Below, piece by piece: positions 28,371 to 38,260 of a DNA stretch of 64,000 nucleotides. The stretch comes from an uncultured Planctomycetota bacterium (GTDB lineage: Bacteria; Planctomycetota; PLA2; JAEUHO01). The stretch is taken from contig CAVVXN010000002.1 in NCBI GenBank assembly GCA_963752285.1, positions 320,001 through 384,000 on the forward strand. Direction: 5' to 3'. The notes beneath the pieces are model-generated. The model was not told where the DNA came from. It did no database searches and was given only the letters and a program-made list of their open reading frames with translations. The translations under genes were made by a program, and so were the position numbers. Numbering within the stretch: position 1 is the first letter of the stretch; each line of letters begins with the position of its first letter.

Positions 28371-28499
28371 CTCCCCCCCTTCGGCGCGCTGAGGGCCCCG
28401 TTCGCGGCCCTTCCTCCTCCTTGCGTGCATTCGCACGCGGCGTCGTCGTCAGGACCACTCCTTGGGGCCCTCAGCGCGCCGATGGCGTGCGGACGGGTG

Positions 28500-28790
28500 T
28501 GGGCGGGCTCGCGGGCCCGCCTTCGGCGGGGCCCGCATCGCGAGGGGCGGCGGGGGGGCGGGCTCGCGGGCCCGCCTTTGGCGGGGCCGCATCGCGGGCG
28601 GGGGCTTGCGGGCCCGCCTTTGGCGGGGCCGCTTCGCGGGGGGCGAGGCGGGGCGGGCTTGCGGGCCCGCCTTTGGCGGGGCCGCTTCGCGGGGGGCGAG
28701 GCGGGGCGGGCTTGCGGGCCCGCCTTCGGCGGGGCCGCGTCGCGGGGCCGCGTCGCGGGGGGGCGTGGCGGGGCCGCTTCGCGGGGGCGC
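28500..28790. repeat. Cluster of five REP-like palindromic repeats
   Basis: Core GCGGGCCCGCC-TT(C/T)-GGCGGGGCC starting at 28511, 28566, 28608, 28661, 28714 (periods 55, 42, 53, 53). Confidence 0.85.
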
Positions 28791-28813
28791 GGGGCGGGGG
28801 GTAGAAGGGGGGG

Positions 28814-29509
28814 ATGGCGGTGTTCGAGGCGAGGGTCGGCGAGCTTTCGCGGTGGGCGCGGGAGCGGGGGTTTCCGGGGGAGGTGGGCGGGCTCGGGCTC
28901 CTCGTGCAGTGGGTGGAGGGGGTCGTCGGGTGCGGGGTGAACCTGACCGGGGTGGCGGACGTCGGGCGGGGGATCGGCGTGCTCGCGGCCTCGGCGTTCG
29001 CGGTCGTGAGGGCCGTGGCGCGGGCGCCACGGCTCGTCGTGGACCTGGGGAGCGGGAACGGGTTGGTCGGCGTCGTCGCGGCCGTCGCCTGGCCCGGCGC
29101 GCGCGTGTGGTTGGTCGAGCGTCGCGCGCGGAAGGCCGAGGCGCTCGCCGCGCTGGTGGGGGCGCTCGGTCCCGCGAACGTCGAGGTCGTCCCGGTGGAC
29201 GGGCGCGCGCTCCTCGCGGTGCGCCCGGACGCCCGGGGCGCCGTGGACCTCGTCACGGTGCGGGCCGTCGGAACGCTCGCCGAGACCACCTCGATCGCGG
29301 CGCCCTGGCTCGCGCCCGGCGGACGCGTGGCGCACTGGAAGGGACGCGGGCTCGACGAGGCCGAGGCCGCCGAGGGCCTCGTGGAGGTGCGTCGCGCCGG
29401 CCTCGTGGCCCGCGAGACGCTGTCGTTCGACGACGAGGTCGGGCCGGCGCGGCTCGTCGTGTACGAGCGCGCGCGCGCGTCGGTGGGCCGGCGACCGAAG
29501 GGAGGTTGA
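28814..29509 (+). CDS. rsmG: 16S rRNA m7G527 methyltransferase RsmG (divergent)
   Basis: NLTG, VDLGSGNG.VG SAM motif, LVERRARK, VTVRAV, WKG. Confidence 0.8.
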   Translation: MAVFEARVGELSRWARERGFPGEVGGLGLLVQWVEGVVGCGVNLTGVADVGRGIGVLAASAFAVVRAVARAPRLVVDLGSGNGLVGVVAAVAWPGARVWLVERRARKAEALAALVGALGPANVEVVPVDGRALLAVRPDARGAVDLVTVRAVGTLAETTSIAAPWLAPGGRVAHWKGRGLDEAEAAEGLVEVRRAGLVARETLSFDDEVGPARLVVYERARASVGRRPKGG

Positions 29510-29511
29510 GC

Positions 29512-29874
29512 GTGGAGCTCGGTCGGATGCAGTCCGAGGTGGCGGCGCTGATGCGGGGCATCGAGCACCCGCGCCTGGCGGCGGCGCTGGCCCTCGCGGA
29601 AGAGTGTGGCGAGGTCGTGCGTGTCGTTCTCGACCGCGAGGTCTACGGGACGCCCGACGAGGGCCGTCTCGGCGCGGAGGTGGGCGACGTGCTGCTCTCC
29701 CTCCTCGAGCTCTGCGACCGGTACGGCCTCTCGGCGGCCGAGTGCGCGGCGGCGGCCGTCGAGAAGCTCCGGCAGAAGGCGCCCGAGTGGCGGGAGATCC
29801 TCGGCGACCGCCTGGAGCGCCTGCGCCGTCGCCTCGACGGTCCGCCCGACGGCGACGCCTCCGAACCGGCGTGA
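29512..29874 (+). CDS. MazG-like nucleotide pyrophosphohydrolase
   Basis: LAEECGEV...AEVGDVL (ExxE...ExxD) all-alpha NTP-PPase motif. Confidence 0.8.
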   Translation: MELGRMQSEVAALMRGIEHPRLAAALALAEECGEVVRVVLDREVYGTPDEGRLGAEVGDVLLSLLELCDRYGLSAAECAAAAVEKLRQKAPEWREILGDRLERLRRRLDGPPDGDASEPA

Positions 29875-29955
29875 TCGCCGCGCCCGCGGGGCCTTCGAAG
29901 CGGCGTGGACGGTCGTGTCCCGGTGCCTGCGGGGGCCGCGCGTGTTCGCGCGACC

Positions 29956-30378
29956 TCAGCGCGCGTGTTCGCGCGACGCGAGGTCCAGGGTCACGACCGG
30001 CGGGGGGGGCGCGGTGAGGGTGAGGCTCGCGAGGCGTCGGGGGGGCTTCGTGGACCGGTCCCGGACCACGACCGTCACCTCCTGGTGCGCGGGCAGCGGC
30101 GGGAGGACCCACTCGCCGGCACGTCCAGAGGGCCGCGCCTCCTCCGAGACGAGGTCGGGCCCCTCCCGCCAGCGGACCACGACGTCGAGCGAGGCGTCGT
30201 CGGCGTGTCCCGCCAGCCGAAGGCGGGGCGCGGACGTGACCGGTACGGGCGAGAGCAGCAGCGCGACGAAGCCGACCGCCCCGGCCAGGAGGGCCACCAC
30301 CCCGACCCCCACGGCGACGGAGAGCATCGACGGACGGCCCATGCGCGCGCGCTCCTCGTTCGACCGGGGGAGGACCAC
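29956..30378 (-). CDS. Hypothetical membrane-anchored protein
   Basis: N-terminal TM helix, beta-rich tail; TAGACT 6 nt before GTG. Confidence 0.5.
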   Translation of the reverse strand: MVLPRSNEERARMGRPSMLSVAVGVGVVALLAGAVGFVALLLSPVPVTSAPRLRLAGHADDASLDVVVRWREGPDLVSEEARPSGRAGEWVLPPLPAHQEVTVVVRDRSTKPPRRLASLTLTAPPPPVVTLDLASREHAR

Positions 30379-30451
30379 GCGGGGAGTCTACGGCCTGTTC
30401 CCGGGCGTGGCCGGGGGCCCCGGTCCCGGCCGCGGCGGCACCGGTCGGCGT

Positions 30452-30679
30452 TCAGCGGAGCGCGACCCGGACGGCCGCCGCGAGGAGGCCCGCGGCGAGC
30501 AGGAGGAGGACGCGCGCGGTCCATCTCCGGTCCGCGACTCCGCGGAGCCAGCGCCACGTCTTCGACGGGGGACCGCCCTCCCCGCGCCGCGCGTCCTGGC
30601 GCCGCACGATCCACACGCGCGCCGCGAGCCAGACGCAGAGCAGCGCGGCCGCGACGAGCCAGGCCGTCTCGGGAGGCAT
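30452..30679 (-). CDS. Small two-TM membrane protein
   Basis: MPPETAWLVAAALLCVWL...RVLLLLAAGLLAAAVRVALR; alternative TTG start at 30709 overlaps the upstream stop. Confidence 0.5.
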   Translation of the reverse strand: MPPETAWLVAAALLCVWLAARVWIVRRQDARRGEGGPPSKTWRWLRGVADRRWTARVLLLLAAGLLAAAVRVALR

Positions 30680-30705
30680 CCGCGGCAGCCCGTCGAGGCG
30701 TGCCG

Positions 30706-32454
30706 TCAAGGCGCGCCCACGACGATCTCGGTCGTCTCGCCCGCGCGGACGTCCACCCGGCGGTCGGGGACGATCGGCGCGTCCCGTCCGGGAGCGAGGA
30801 CCTCCACCACGTAGCGGCCGGGCGGGACCCGTCGGGCGCTCTCCCAGCGCGGCGCGCCCGGCACGCGCCGGAGCCGCACGGAACCGGTGCCCACGCCGTC
30901 GGGCGCCACCCGCGCGCCGCCCGGTTCGTCTCGCCCCCGCTCCCAGCGAACGACACGGTCTCCGGTCTCCTCCGCCGCGTTCTCGTCCACCAGCGCGAAG
31001 CGCCCGCCTCGGACTTCGTGCGCGGCGAGGTGGAGCGTCTGACCGGCCGCGAGCGTGCCCGCGAGGAAGAGCGTCGCCCGCGTCTCGTCTCGCGGCTCGA
31101 CCACGGCCTCCACGTCGCCCGCGGGCACGTGCGGGAACGTCGCGCTCGTGCCGAGCCCCGGGAGACAGGTCGTCTGGCGCTCGGGCGCGGGTTCGACGAG
31201 CCGGACGGAAGCGCCGCGCCGCGTCGCGCCCTCCTCGTCGAGGTCCACGACCACCGTTCCCCACGGGGTCTCGTCGAAGGGAACGGCCACGGTGTAGCCC
31301 CGCGGCGCGTCGGCCGTGACCTCCGCCGAGCCGTGCTCGGGCGCGTGGTCCGCGTCGCCCGCGACGCGCACCGCGATCCGGTAGGGCCCCGGGCGCGGGA
31401 GGGCGAACCAGACCGTCGCGTCCTTCACGCGCGTCCAGGTGCCGCGCCACGGCGCCGCGTCGGTCGGGCCCGTGGCGAGGACGTCGTACACGACGGGTCG
31501 CGCCCCCGCGTCGGCGTCCGCCACGTCCGCCTCGATCCACGGGCGCGCGACCGCCGGTCCGAGCACCGCCTCCTGGCCGCCCGCGACGGTCTTCGGCTCG
31601 ACGTCCGCGAAGTCGAGGTGCGGCACGAGCCGGTAGAGCCCCTGGCCCGAGAACGGCACGCGGAACGACCCGTCCTCGGCCACGGTGACGTCGTAGGGCG
31701 CGCGAACCACGGACTGGTCGTCGAGGATCTCGAAGACCTCGAGGCGCCCGCCGAGGTCCGGCGGCGCGAGGTCCCCGTAGAGGACGTGTCCGGGGATCGG
31801 CTTCGACGCCTCGGCCGCGATCTCGACCTCGCGGAGGTAGCCGGGACCGGGCGGCTCGAGCGGCGTTACGCGCGCGGCGACGCCCTCCGCCCCCTCGACG
31901 CGCACGCGGAGCGGGCCTGCCCCCGGGAACACGCGCCACGTGGCGATCTGGGCGGGCCGCGCCACCGCCACGCCTTCTTCCGCGACGACGCGACCGGGCG
32001 GGCCGTCGTGCTCGAGCCACGCGTGCACCTCGGGGAGCTCTGTTCCGTGCAGGATCAGCCGCACGCGCGCGAAGCGCTCGAGGACGACCCTCGCGTGCCA
32101 CGCGCCCGCCGCGTCGCGCGTCACCGCGGGCGGGTGCCCGGGCCGCGGCGCGGCCCACTCGTCTTCGACCACGAGCGCGGCGGCGATCGACGCGGGCGAG
32201 GGCTCGTCCCCCGTTCGGAGGCGCACGCCTCGGAGCACGGCCCGACCCGACGCGTCGGTTCGCGCCGCCACGGACGCGTACCGCGCCGCCGCACGCGCGC
32301 CCGCGACGGGGCGCCCCATGGGGTCCACGGTCACCACGTCGAGGGACAGGCCGGAGGGCGCCGAGGCTCCGCCTCGGGCGTGGAGGAGCGCCCACGTCGC
32401 GACCCCCGCCGCGACCGTCCCGAGGAGCACGAGGAGCGCGCGCCGTCCGCTCAC
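30706..32454 (-). CDS. Membrane-anchored carboxypeptidase-regulatory-like (beta-sandwich repeat) protein
   Basis: N-terminal TM, VVTVDPMGRPVAGA..ARTDASGRA, VPPGRYVVEV, VDVRAGETTEI; GTGA overlap with the upstream protease. Confidence 0.65.
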   Translation of the reverse strand: MSGRRALLVLLGTVAAGVATWALLHARGGASAPSGLSLDVVTVDPMGRPVAGARAAARYASVAARTDASGRAVLRGVRLRTGDEPSPASIAAALVVEDEWAAPRPGHPPAVTRDAAGAWHARVVLERFARVRLILHGTELPEVHAWLEHDGPPGRVVAEEGVAVARPAQIATWRVFPGAGPLRVRVEGAEGVAARVTPLEPPGPGYLREVEIAAEASKPIPGHVLYGDLAPPDLGGRLEVFEILDDQSVVRAPYDVTVAEDGSFRVPFSGQGLYRLVPHLDFADVEPKTVAGGQEAVLGPAVARPWIEADVADADAGARPVVYDVLATGPTDAAPWRGTWTRVKDATVWFALPRPGPYRIAVRVAGDADHAPEHGSAEVTADAPRGYTVAVPFDETPWGTVVVDLDEEGATRRGASVRLVEPAPERQTTCLPGLGTSATFPHVPAGDVEAVVEPRDETRATLFLAGTLAAGQTLHLAAHEVRGGRFALVDENAAEETGDRVVRWERGRDEPGGARVAPDGVGTGSVRLRRVPGAPRWESARRVPPGRYVVEVLAPGRDAPIVPDRRVDVRAGETTEIVVGAP

Positions 32455-33110
32455 GAGACGAGGAGGCCCAGCCAGGCGTCCGCGACGTTCCCGGCGAATT
32501 CGAAGAGGAACCCCGCGCCGTAGAAGACGCCGATGAAGGCCACGAGCCACAGGCCGCGGTTGTTCGGGTCGTGGACGAGGCGCCGGTACGGCCGCACGAA
32601 CGAGGCGAGCACGCTCGATCCGTCGAGCGGCGGGATCGGCACCAGGTTGAACACGAGCAGGACGACGTTCATGGTGCCGAAGACGAAGAGCACGGACCGC
32701 GCGTTTCCAACGACCGCCGACGGCGCCGCGCCGCCCACCCGCAACCAGACGCCCAGGGCCGTCAGGGCGAGGAGCGCGAGGAGGAGGTTGACGAGCGGGC
32801 CGGCGAGGCTCACCCACGCGTCGCCGTGGCGGCTTCGGAACCGCCGCGGGTCCACGGGCGTGGACCCCCAGGCGATGCCGACGAGGAGGAGCATCACGAG
32901 CGAGACCGGACCCATGTGCTTCAGGGGATCGAGCGTCCAGTGCCCCGCGAGCCTCGGCGTCGGGTCGCCCTGGCGCATCGCAGCCCATCCGTGCCCCAGC
33001 TCGTGGAGCACCACGCTCACCACGACGGTTCCGACCACGCTCGCGAAGTAGAGGGGGTCGCGGGTGGCCTCCTCGATGAAGAACGAGAACGCGAGGGGGA
33101 CGGGCATCAT
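32451..33110 (-). CDS. Site-2 protease (M50 family)
   Basis: HELGH, GDPTPR, SLAGPLVN, FNLVPIPPLDG. Confidence 0.92.
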   Translation of the reverse strand: MMPVPLAFSFFIEEATRDPLYFASVVGTVVVSVVLHELGHGWAAMRQGDPTPRLAGHWTLDPLKHMGPVSLVMLLLVGIAWGSTPVDPRRFRSRHGDAWVSLAGPLVNLLLALLALTALGVWLRVGGAAPSAVVGNARSVLFVFGTMNVVLLVFNLVPIPPLDGSSVLASFVRPYRRLVHDPNNRGLWLVAFIGVFYGAGFLFEFAGNVADAWLGLLVS

Positions 33111-33294
33111 GGCGCGGCCCTCCGCGGCGGGCCCGGAGGCTTCGACGTCATGGGATTCCCCGGCGCATCGCGGCGATTCTGACAGGGGTTGCGGGCGGCG
33201 GCCAAGCCCGCGCGCGGGCGGGTCGGCGCCGTCGCGCGGGCCCCGGCCCCGCGTACCCTGGCGCGACCCTCCGCCTCCGGGGGGAGGACGGGGC

Positions 33295-33714
33295 ATGCGG
33301 CAGCACCAGAGGACCCTCGAGATCGACACGCCGGGCCGCGCGCTCGTCGAGGTGACCGACGACGTGCGCCGCATCGTGGACGCGGCGGGCGTCGAGACGG
33401 GGCTCTGCGTCGTCTACTGCCGCCACACGTCCTGCAGCCTGCTGATCCAGGAGAACGCGGACCCGTCCGCCGCCGACGACCTGCTCCGGTGGCTCGGACG
33501 GCTCGCGCCCGACGGCGACCCTCGCTACGCCCACGTCGCGGAGGGCCCCGACGACATGCCGAGCCACCTCCGCGCGGCCGTGACCCGCACCGCGGAGACG
33601 ATCCCGGTCGTGGGCGGGCGGCTCGCGCTCGGACGCTGGCAGGGGATCTTCCTCGCCGAACACCGGACGAAGGGGCACCGGCGGGAGCTCGTCGTCCACG
33701 TGACCGGCGCATGA
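33295..33714 (+). CDS. yjbQ: YjbQ/UPF0047 family protein
   Basis: HTSCSLLIQENADP, EGPDDMPSH, LGRWQGIFLAEHR. Confidence 0.92.
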   Translation: MRQHQRTLEIDTPGRALVEVTDDVRRIVDAAGVETGLCVVYCRHTSCSLLIQENADPSAADDLLRWLGRLAPDGDPRYAHVAEGPDDMPSHLRAAVTRTAETIPVVGGRLALGRWQGIFLAEHRTKGHRRELVVHVTGA

Positions 33715-34643
33715 GCCCCCGGGCCGCACGCTCCCGGCGCTCGGGGGTCGCGCCGCTCCTCCCGCTCGGGGTGGCGGGCGTCCTGCTCCTCGCCGTGCTG
33801 GGCATCCCGCAGGCGCTCGTGCTCGGGGTCGTGGAGGGGATCACCGAGTACCTCCCCGTCAGCAGCACCGGCCACCTCATCCTGGCCGAACGCGCGATGG
33901 GGATCGGCGCGTCGGCGGCGGCGAACGCGTTCGCGATCGCGATCCAGGCGGGCGCGATCGTGGCGGTGCTCGGCCTCTATCGCGCGCGGGTGGCTTCGGT
34001 CTTCCGCGGGCTCGCCGGTCGCGACCCCGCGGGTCGGCGCCTCGCGGGGGCCCTCCTCGTCGCGTTCCTCCCCGCGGCCGTCTTCGGGCTGCTCCTCGGC
34101 CACTGGGTCGAGGACCACCTCTTCGGGCTCTGGCCGGTGGTCCTCGCGTGGTTCGTCGGCGGCGTCGCCATCTTCGCGCTCCGGGGGCGCGGTCGCGACG
34201 CCTCGACGCGCCGGGGCATCGAGAGCCTCGCGCCCTCCTCGGCGCTCGTGATCGGCCTCGCGCAGGTCCTCGCGCTCTGGCCGGGTACGAGCCGCAGCCT
34301 CGTCACGATCGCCGGGGGGCTCCTCGTCGGCCTGACGCTCCCCGCGGCCGTCGAGTTCTCGTTCCTGCTCGGCGTGGTGACGCTCGGGGCGGCCACCGCG
34401 TACGAGACGTACCACGCGGCGGCCGAGATGCTCCGGGCGTTCGGCCCGGCGACGCTCGCCGTCGGGTTCGTCGCCGCCGCGATCTCGGCGGCGGTGGCGA
34501 TCGCGTGGTTGGTCCGGTGGATCGAGCGCCACGGTCTCGTGCTCTTCGGGTGGTGGCGAGTCTCGCTCGCGGTCGTCGTCGCCGCGCTGATCCTGCTCGG
34601 CGTCCTCGACGCCTCGACGGTCAACGCGTCGCCTGCACCGTGA
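33711..34643 (+). CDS. uppP: Undecaprenyl-diphosphate phosphatase
   Basis: EGITEYLPVSSTGH, IQAGAI, PGTSRS, EFSFLL. Confidence 0.93.
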   Translation: MSPRAARSRRSGVAPLLPLGVAGVLLLAVLGIPQALVLGVVEGITEYLPVSSTGHLILAERAMGIGASAAANAFAIAIQAGAIVAVLGLYRARVASVFRGLAGRDPAGRRLAGALLVAFLPAAVFGLLLGHWVEDHLFGLWPVVLAWFVGGVAIFALRGRGRDASTRRGIESLAPSSALVIGLAQVLALWPGTSRSLVTIAGGLLVGLTLPAAVEFSFLLGVVTLGAATAYETYHAAAEMLRAFGPATLAVGFVAAAISAAVAIAWLVRWIERHGLVLFGWWRVSLAVVVAALILLGVLDASTVNASPAP

Positions 34644-35556
34644 CCGCCACCAGGTAGGCAGCGTAGACGGCCAGCAGGAACAGGCCCTGCCGGCGGCGCA
34701 CGCGCGCCCCGAAGAGCGCGAACAGGAAGGGCAGGACGGCGAGCGCGATCATCACCGGCAGGTCGAAGGCGACCAGGCGGCCGCCCTCGTCCGGCTGGGG
34801 CGCGAGCACGCCGGCCACGCCGAGGACCATGAGCAGGTTGAAGATGTTGCTTCCGACCACGTTTCCCACCGCGAGCTCCATCCGCCCCCGCTTCGCCGCG
34901 GCGACGGTGGTCGCGAGCTCGGGCAGGCTCGTGCCCACCGCGACGAGCGTCAGGCCGATCACGACCTCCGTCACGCCGAGCCACCGCGCGATCTCGATGG
35001 CCCCCTCGAGGAAGACGTGCGCCCCCCCGACGAGCAGAACGAGCCCCACAACGGCCATCGTGAGCTCGAGCGCGGGGCGGTGGGGCTTCTCGTGGGGCTC
35101 CGGCGCGGGACGGCGCGACGCGGTGAGGCACGCGAACGCCACGTAGACGGCGAAGGCCGCCAGGCAGACGAGCCCGTCGGTGCGCGAGAACGACCCGTCG
35201 CGGAACAGCGCGTAGACGAGGACGCTCGCGCCGATCGCGAGGGGCATCTCCACGCCGCGGAGGAACCGGTCCACGTGGACCACGCCGAGGGCCGCGGCGA
35301 GGCCGAGGATCAAGGCGACGTTCGCGATGTTGCTCCCCACGACGTTGCCGGAGGCGATGCCGGGATAGCCCCGGACCGCCGCGATCACCGACGTCGCGAG
35401 CTCCGGCGCGGACGTCGCGAACCCGAGGATGAACACGCCGGCGAGGCTCGACGGCATGCCTCGGCCGCGGGCGAACCGGTCGGCGCCTTCGACGAGCCAC
35501 TCGCCCCCGAACCAGAGGAGCGTGACGCCGAGCGCGACCTCGAGGGCGGGCAGCAT
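34621..35556 (-). CDS. Ca2+/Na+ antiporter (CaCA, YrbG-like)
   Basis: Two alpha repeats TSAPE...GNVVGSNIAN and GTSLPE...GNVVGSNIFN. Confidence 0.92.
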   Translation of the reverse strand: MLPALEVALGVTLLWFGGEWLVEGADRFARGRGMPSSLAGVFILGFATSAPELATSVIAAVRGYPGIASGNVVGSNIANVALILGLAAALGVVHVDRFLRGVEMPLAIGASVLVYALFRDGSFSRTDGLVCLAAFAVYVAFACLTASRRPAPEPHEKPHRPALELTMAVVGLVLLVGGAHVFLEGAIEIARWLGVTEVVIGLTLVAVGTSLPELATTVAAAKRGRMELAVGNVVGSNIFNLLMVLGVAGVLAPQPDEGGRLVAFDLPVMIALAVLPFLFALFGARVRRRQGLFLLAVYAAYLVAVTVQATR

Positions 35557-35652
35557 GGGGAAGGTGTAGCCGCGTGGGCCCCCGTGTCGAGGGACTTCTC
35601 TCGCGGCGAACGTGCGGACGCGGCGTCGGAACGCCGGGGTACCGTGCCCCGC

Positions 35653-36858
35653 GTGGGTCCCCTCGATCGCCTCCACGGTCTCGCGGCCCGCCCGAATCGT
35701 CTCGCGCTCGGTCTGATGTCGGGCATGAGCGCCGACGGTCTCGACCTCGCGCTCGTGCGGCTCTCGGGGCTCGGCCCGCGACCCGGCGTGGACCTCGTGG
35801 CGACGAGGACGGTCGCCTACGACGCGGCGCTCCGCGCGCGGATCCGCGGCGCGATCACGGGGGGCGCGCGCGAGGTCTCGACCCTCTCGTTCGTCCTGGC
35901 CCGGGCCTGGGCCGGCGAGGTGCGTCGCTTCCTCTCGGAGATCGGCGTCGGCGCTCCCGAGGTGGACGTCCTCGGCTCGCACGGCCAGACGATCGACCAC
36001 GTGCCGCGAGGTGCCGGTCCGGTCGCCGCGACGCTCCAGATCGGCGACGGAAACGTCCTCGCGTTCGAGACCGGGATCGTCGTCGTGTCGGACTTCCGAC
36101 CGGCCGACGTCGCGGCCGGGGGCGAAGGCGCGCCCCTCGTGCCCTTCGCTGACTGGGTGCGCCACGCGGCGCCGGGACGGACCCGCGTCTGCGTGAACCT
36201 GGGCAGCATCGCGAACGCGACCGTCGTGTCGGAGCGACTGGAGGACGTGTTCGCGTTCGACACGGGGCCCGCGAACGCCCTGCTCGACGGTCTCTGCCGC
36301 GCCCGCACGGGCGACGAGGAGGCGATCGACCGGGACGGGACCGTCTCCGCCGGGGGCCGGGTACGGGACGACGCGCTCCGGTGGCTCGAGGACCGCGCTC
36401 GCGCGTTCCTCGACCGTCCGCCGCCCCGGAGCGCGGGCTACGACGAGTTCGGGCCGTCCCGGGCCGTGGACCTCGCGCGCGCCTTCCCCGGCGTGTCGCT
36501 AGAGGACCTCGCGCGCACGGCGGTGGAGCACACCGCGAGGACGCTGGCGGGCGCGTTCGAGCGGTGGATCCTCCCGCGCCGCCCCGGCGCCCGCGAGGCG
36601 TGGACGACGGGCGGCGGGGCGAGGAACCCGACGCTCCTCGGCCGGGTCCGCGAGACGCTCGGCGCCCTCGGGGTGCAGACGGTCGTCGAGGACGACGCGT
36701 GGGTGGACGGGAAGGAGGCCGTGGCCTTCGCGCTCCTCGCCGACGCGACCGCGCGCGGCCTGGCCTCGAACGTCCCGGGCGCGACGGGCGCCGCCCGCGC
36801 GGTGCTCCTCGGCAAGATCGCGCTCCCGTCCGCCTCGGGTGGGGGGGGTGGGCAGTAG
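35653..36858 (+). CDS. anmK: Anhydro-N-acetylmuramic acid kinase
   Basis: [54 protein letters not shown]. Confidence 0.93.
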   Translation: MGPLDRLHGLAARPNRLALGLMSGMSADGLDLALVRLSGLGPRPGVDLVATRTVAYDAALRARIRGAITGGAREVSTLSFVLARAWAGEVRRFLSEIGVGAPEVDVLGSHGQTIDHVPRGAGPVAATLQIGDGNVLAFETGIVVVSDFRPADVAAGGEGAPLVPFADWVRHAAPGRTRVCVNLGSIANATVVSERLEDVFAFDTGPANALLDGLCRARTGDEEAIDRDGTVSAGGRVRDDALRWLEDRARAFLDRPPPRSAGYDEFGPSRAVDLARAFPGVSLEDLARTAVEHTARTLAGAFERWILPRRPGAREAWTTGGGARNPTLLGRVRETLGALGVQTVVEDDAWVDGKEAVAFALLADATARGLASNVPGATGAARAVLLGKIALPSASGGGGGQ

Positions 36859-36868
36859 GGTCCGCGCC

Positions 36869-37327
36869 GTGGCGGACGACGCGATCGACCTGCCGGTGGA
36901 GGTCCTCCCGCACGGTCGCGGGCTGGAGCTGCCGAGCTACGCCACGGCGGGCGCGGCGGGGATGGACCTCCGCGCGGCGGTCGAGGCGCCGCTCGAGCTC
37001 GTGCCCGGCGCGCGCGCGCTCGTCCCCACGGGCCTCCGGATCGCGGTCCCGCCGGGCTTCGAGGCGCAGGTGCGCGCGCGGAGCGGCTGGGCGCTCCAGA
37101 GCGGCGTGGTGCTCCCGAACGCGCCGGGGACGATCGACGCCGACTACCGCGGCGAGGTCCAGGTGATCCTCATGAACCTCGGATCGGAGCCCGTCCGCGT
37201 GGAGCGGGGCCAGCGCATCGCGCAGCTCGTCCTGGCCCCCGTGGCCCGCGCGCGCCTCCGGCCCCGGGAGGGGCTCGGAGACACCGCGCGGGGCGCGGGC
37301 GGGTTCGGGCACACGGGGGACCGCTGA
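36869..37327 (+). CDS. dut: dUTP diphosphatase
   Basis: [33 protein letters not shown]. Confidence 0.96.
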   Translation: MADDAIDLPVEVLPHGRGLELPSYATAGAAGMDLRAAVEAPLELVPGARALVPTGLRIAVPPGFEAQVRARSGWALQSGVVLPNAPGTIDADYRGEVQVILMNLGSEPVRVERGQRIAQLVLAPVARARLRPREGLGDTARGAGGFGHTGDR

Positions 37328-37342
37328 GCGTGGTCCCGCGGG

Positions 37343-37963
37343 TCAGCGGGCGTCGCTGGAGGACGACGACGTCGTCGTCGCGTGGTTCCGGGACGCGGGC
37401 CGCGCCGTCGTGTGGGTCTCGGTGCGGCGGCTGGCGATCGTGTGGTGCGCCGCCTGCGCCTGGGCGAAGCCCGCGCGCCGCACGGCTTCGACGAGCCGGG
37501 TCACCGTCGCCCTCCGCGCGTCGAAGTCGACGCGCGCGAGGGACGTGCTCTCGACGGCGATCCTGCGGACGCCCGGCACAAGGCCGAGCGCCGCGCGCAC
37601 GCGCGTGCTCGCGTTCTCGGGTCGCATGTCCACCTCGATGGCCAGGCTGCGTACCGGGATCACGGACGCCCCGTAGCCCAACGCGTGCACGGCGTACTCG
37701 AGCTGGGCGTCGGACGCCGTCCCGCGCGAGCGGACCACGACGGCCTCGTTCTTGAGTCGATCCACGTTGGCGTAGAGAACGCCGCGCACACGGCGCAGCG
37801 CCGCGGTCACCTCGACCGCGCACGGGCCTCACCCCATCCCGCTGAGCTCGAGCACCACCCTCTCGTTCGTGATCGGGTGCGTGCTGGTTCCCGCGCGCGC
37901 CGTGCCCGCGAGCGAGACGGCGACGAGGGCGGTGAACGTCGAGATCCAGGCCATGCGATTCAC
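37343..37963 (-). CDS. Probable exported selenoprotein with two HMA (MerP/CopZ-like) domains; in-frame UGA at 37829-37831 read as Sec (GMG-U-GP-C)
   Basis: GGAGG SD, GTG start, signal peptide (..SLAGTARA), ERVVLELSGMG*GPCAVEVTAALRRVRGV; TGA sits at the first Cys of the GMxCxxC motif; second HMA-like domain lacks Cys. Confidence 0.75.
37802..37820 (-). promoter_or_regulatory. Bacterial SECIS-like stem-loop
   Basis: mRNA CGCGGUC-GAGGU-GACCGCG: perfect 7-bp stem, 5-nt loop starting with G at the 16th nt after UGA. Confidence 0.6.
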
Positions 37964-38260
37964 GGGGATCCTCCCGGAAGCGAGTTGCAAAGGTCGGGAC
38001 GGTACGACCCGTCGCCTCCTCGACGACGGGAAAAACCGGCCCCGCGGGAAGAATTCCCCACGTTTCCGTCCCTGCGTCCCGTGCCTGAATCGTTCCTTCG
38101 TACACGGAATCTGAAGAACCAGTCGGCACGCCGGTGCTCGAATCGCTACGGAGGCGTGATTCGTGCGCCTCGCGTGCCGCGCCGCATCCGGAGGCGCGGC
38201 GCCGGCGGGCCGGTCGTCCCGCCCGACGGCGGCGCGCGAACCGGGGCCATCGCCCCCGGG

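Noticed and set aside
28500..28790. Possible CRISPR array
   Set aside because: Inter-repeat sequences are related or identical G-tracts rather than unique spacers, periods are irregular (42-55 nt), and no cas genes are present
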